Under the pieces are notes generated by a model that ran no database searches, had not been told where the DNA came from, and saw only the letters and a list, made by a program, of their open reading frames with translations. Shown one piece after another: positions 63,022 to 64,000 of a stretch of DNA of 64,000 bases. The translations under genes were made by a program, and so were the position numbers. Source of the stretch: Azolla caroliniana (Eukaryota > Plantae > Polypodiophyta); NCBI GenBank assembly GCA_043228905.1, contig JBHGNT010000003.1:8308001-8372000 (forward strand), read 5' to 3'. Positions within the stretch are counted from its first letter, which is position 1; each line of letters opens with the position of its first letter.

Positions 63022-64000
63022 AAGGTGCTACAAAGACTCAAGAGCGCGCGGCTCACCTTCTCCAGAGAAAAATCAGCATTCGGACACCTGTGTGGGCCCT
63101 ATGGCCGGAAATTGTCCCCAGCAAAGGTAGAAGCCATCTCCGTGATGAAGGACGATTGCGGGTCGGTTACGGAGGTCCGCAGATTCTTGGGTGCGTGCGC
63201 GTTCTACCACATCTGGATTCCGCACTACGAACATGTCGCGGAACCGCTCTATGGGCTATTGAAGACAGGGCGTAGGTTCGAGTGGAGGACGGAGCACACA
63301 GAGTCGGTCCGGAGGCTGAAGGAGGCGCTTGCTGCGGCACCGGCTCTCCGAAGAGCGGTTTACGGCAAGGAAGTCCCCATCTACGTGACGGTGGACACGA
63401 GCCCGACAGGGATCGGGTGGGTGATCAATCAGGAGGACAAGGACGGCGTACGGTTCCCGATCCGTTTCGGGGCGAAGGTATTGAGCGAGCGGCAGCGAGG
63501 ATACACCCAAGTTAAGCGCGAGTTGTGGGGTATCGTTTCGGTAGTCAAGGCCGACAAGGACTATCTGATCGGGACGGAAGTCATCATCGAGACGGATTGC
63601 TTACCAATTCTAGGTATGGTCTCCGGATGCACGACTCCAGACCTAGCGATGCTCAGGTGGATCTCATACATCAAGTCCCTGAACCGGGAGATACGACACA
63701 TCTCCGAGAAAGATAATGCCATGGCCAATATGCTTTCAAGGGCGCGGTTCAGTGACAAGGACGGCATGGTTTCGGATAACGAGGAAGTCGGCGAGGATTT
63801 CTTCAGGTCAGACAACGTAACAACAAGAAAGGGGAGCACTCCGGCGCTTAACAAATTCGACGAGAGCAAGTACGATGGGGAGTGGCTCCAGATCGGTGGG
63901 TTCCTGAAGGCAATGACACCGGACGCGACATGGATGAAGGAAGCGGCCAACCGGATTCAGAAGAAAGCGTACCGATTCTTTCTACAGGACGGGAGCATAT
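63022..64000 (+). pseudogene. pol: H end of RT, RNase H and linker (open to the window end)
   Basis: Manual translation gives EVRRFLG, VTVDTSPTGIG, YTQVKRELWG, IETDC, NAMANMLSR, continuing the frame broken at 37246. Confidence 0.9.

Larger units (their letters stand above)
17388..64000 (+). mobile_element. Element H: Ty3/gypsy with Trp PBS (possibly Phygy-like), split by B, C1 and D; continues right of window
   Basis: LTR, PBS, then collinear gag, PR, RT and RH pieces that rejoin across TSDs gaaac, cacgc and agaag. Lineage is inferred. Confidence 0.9.

Overview
This window has no host genes. It is a stack of nested plant LTR retrotransposons, probably from a bryophyte (inferred from family features). 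LTR pairs, primer-binding sites (PBS) and target-site duplications (TSD) resolve the nesting. (A) 5' part of a minus-strand Ty1/copia, 1-2081. (E) Plus-strand non-autonomous Ty3/gypsy derivative, 2082-12174, holding (K) a chromovirus at 4071-11046 and (S1) a solo LTR at 11081-11536. (F) Minus-strand gag-only element with a tRNA-Trp PBS, 12335-16804, whose 3' LTR is followed by a second PBS and gag start. (G) Minus-strand Trp-PBS gypsy stub, 16805-17387. (H) Plus-strand Trp-PBS gypsy inserted in G's LTR, from 17388 to past the window end. H is split by (B) a copia at 18730-23493, (C1) a gypsy at 24793-35830 carrying solo LTR S2 at 29075-29802, and (D) a copia at 37247-63019. D is in turn split by two near-identical gypsy copies in opposite orientation, C2 (39109-49223) and C3 (51708-61902). 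The most striking system is the young C family: single gag-pol ORF, Arg-like PBS, a poly(A)-preceded ~1040 aa extra coiled-coil ORF, and a conserved hairpin where the polypurine tract (PPT) should be. Also notable are the ~56-bp-periodic hairpin array and probable intron in K's leader, K's TG...TA termini, and a tRNA-like A/B box in S2. All alignments were done by eye and no database search was run.
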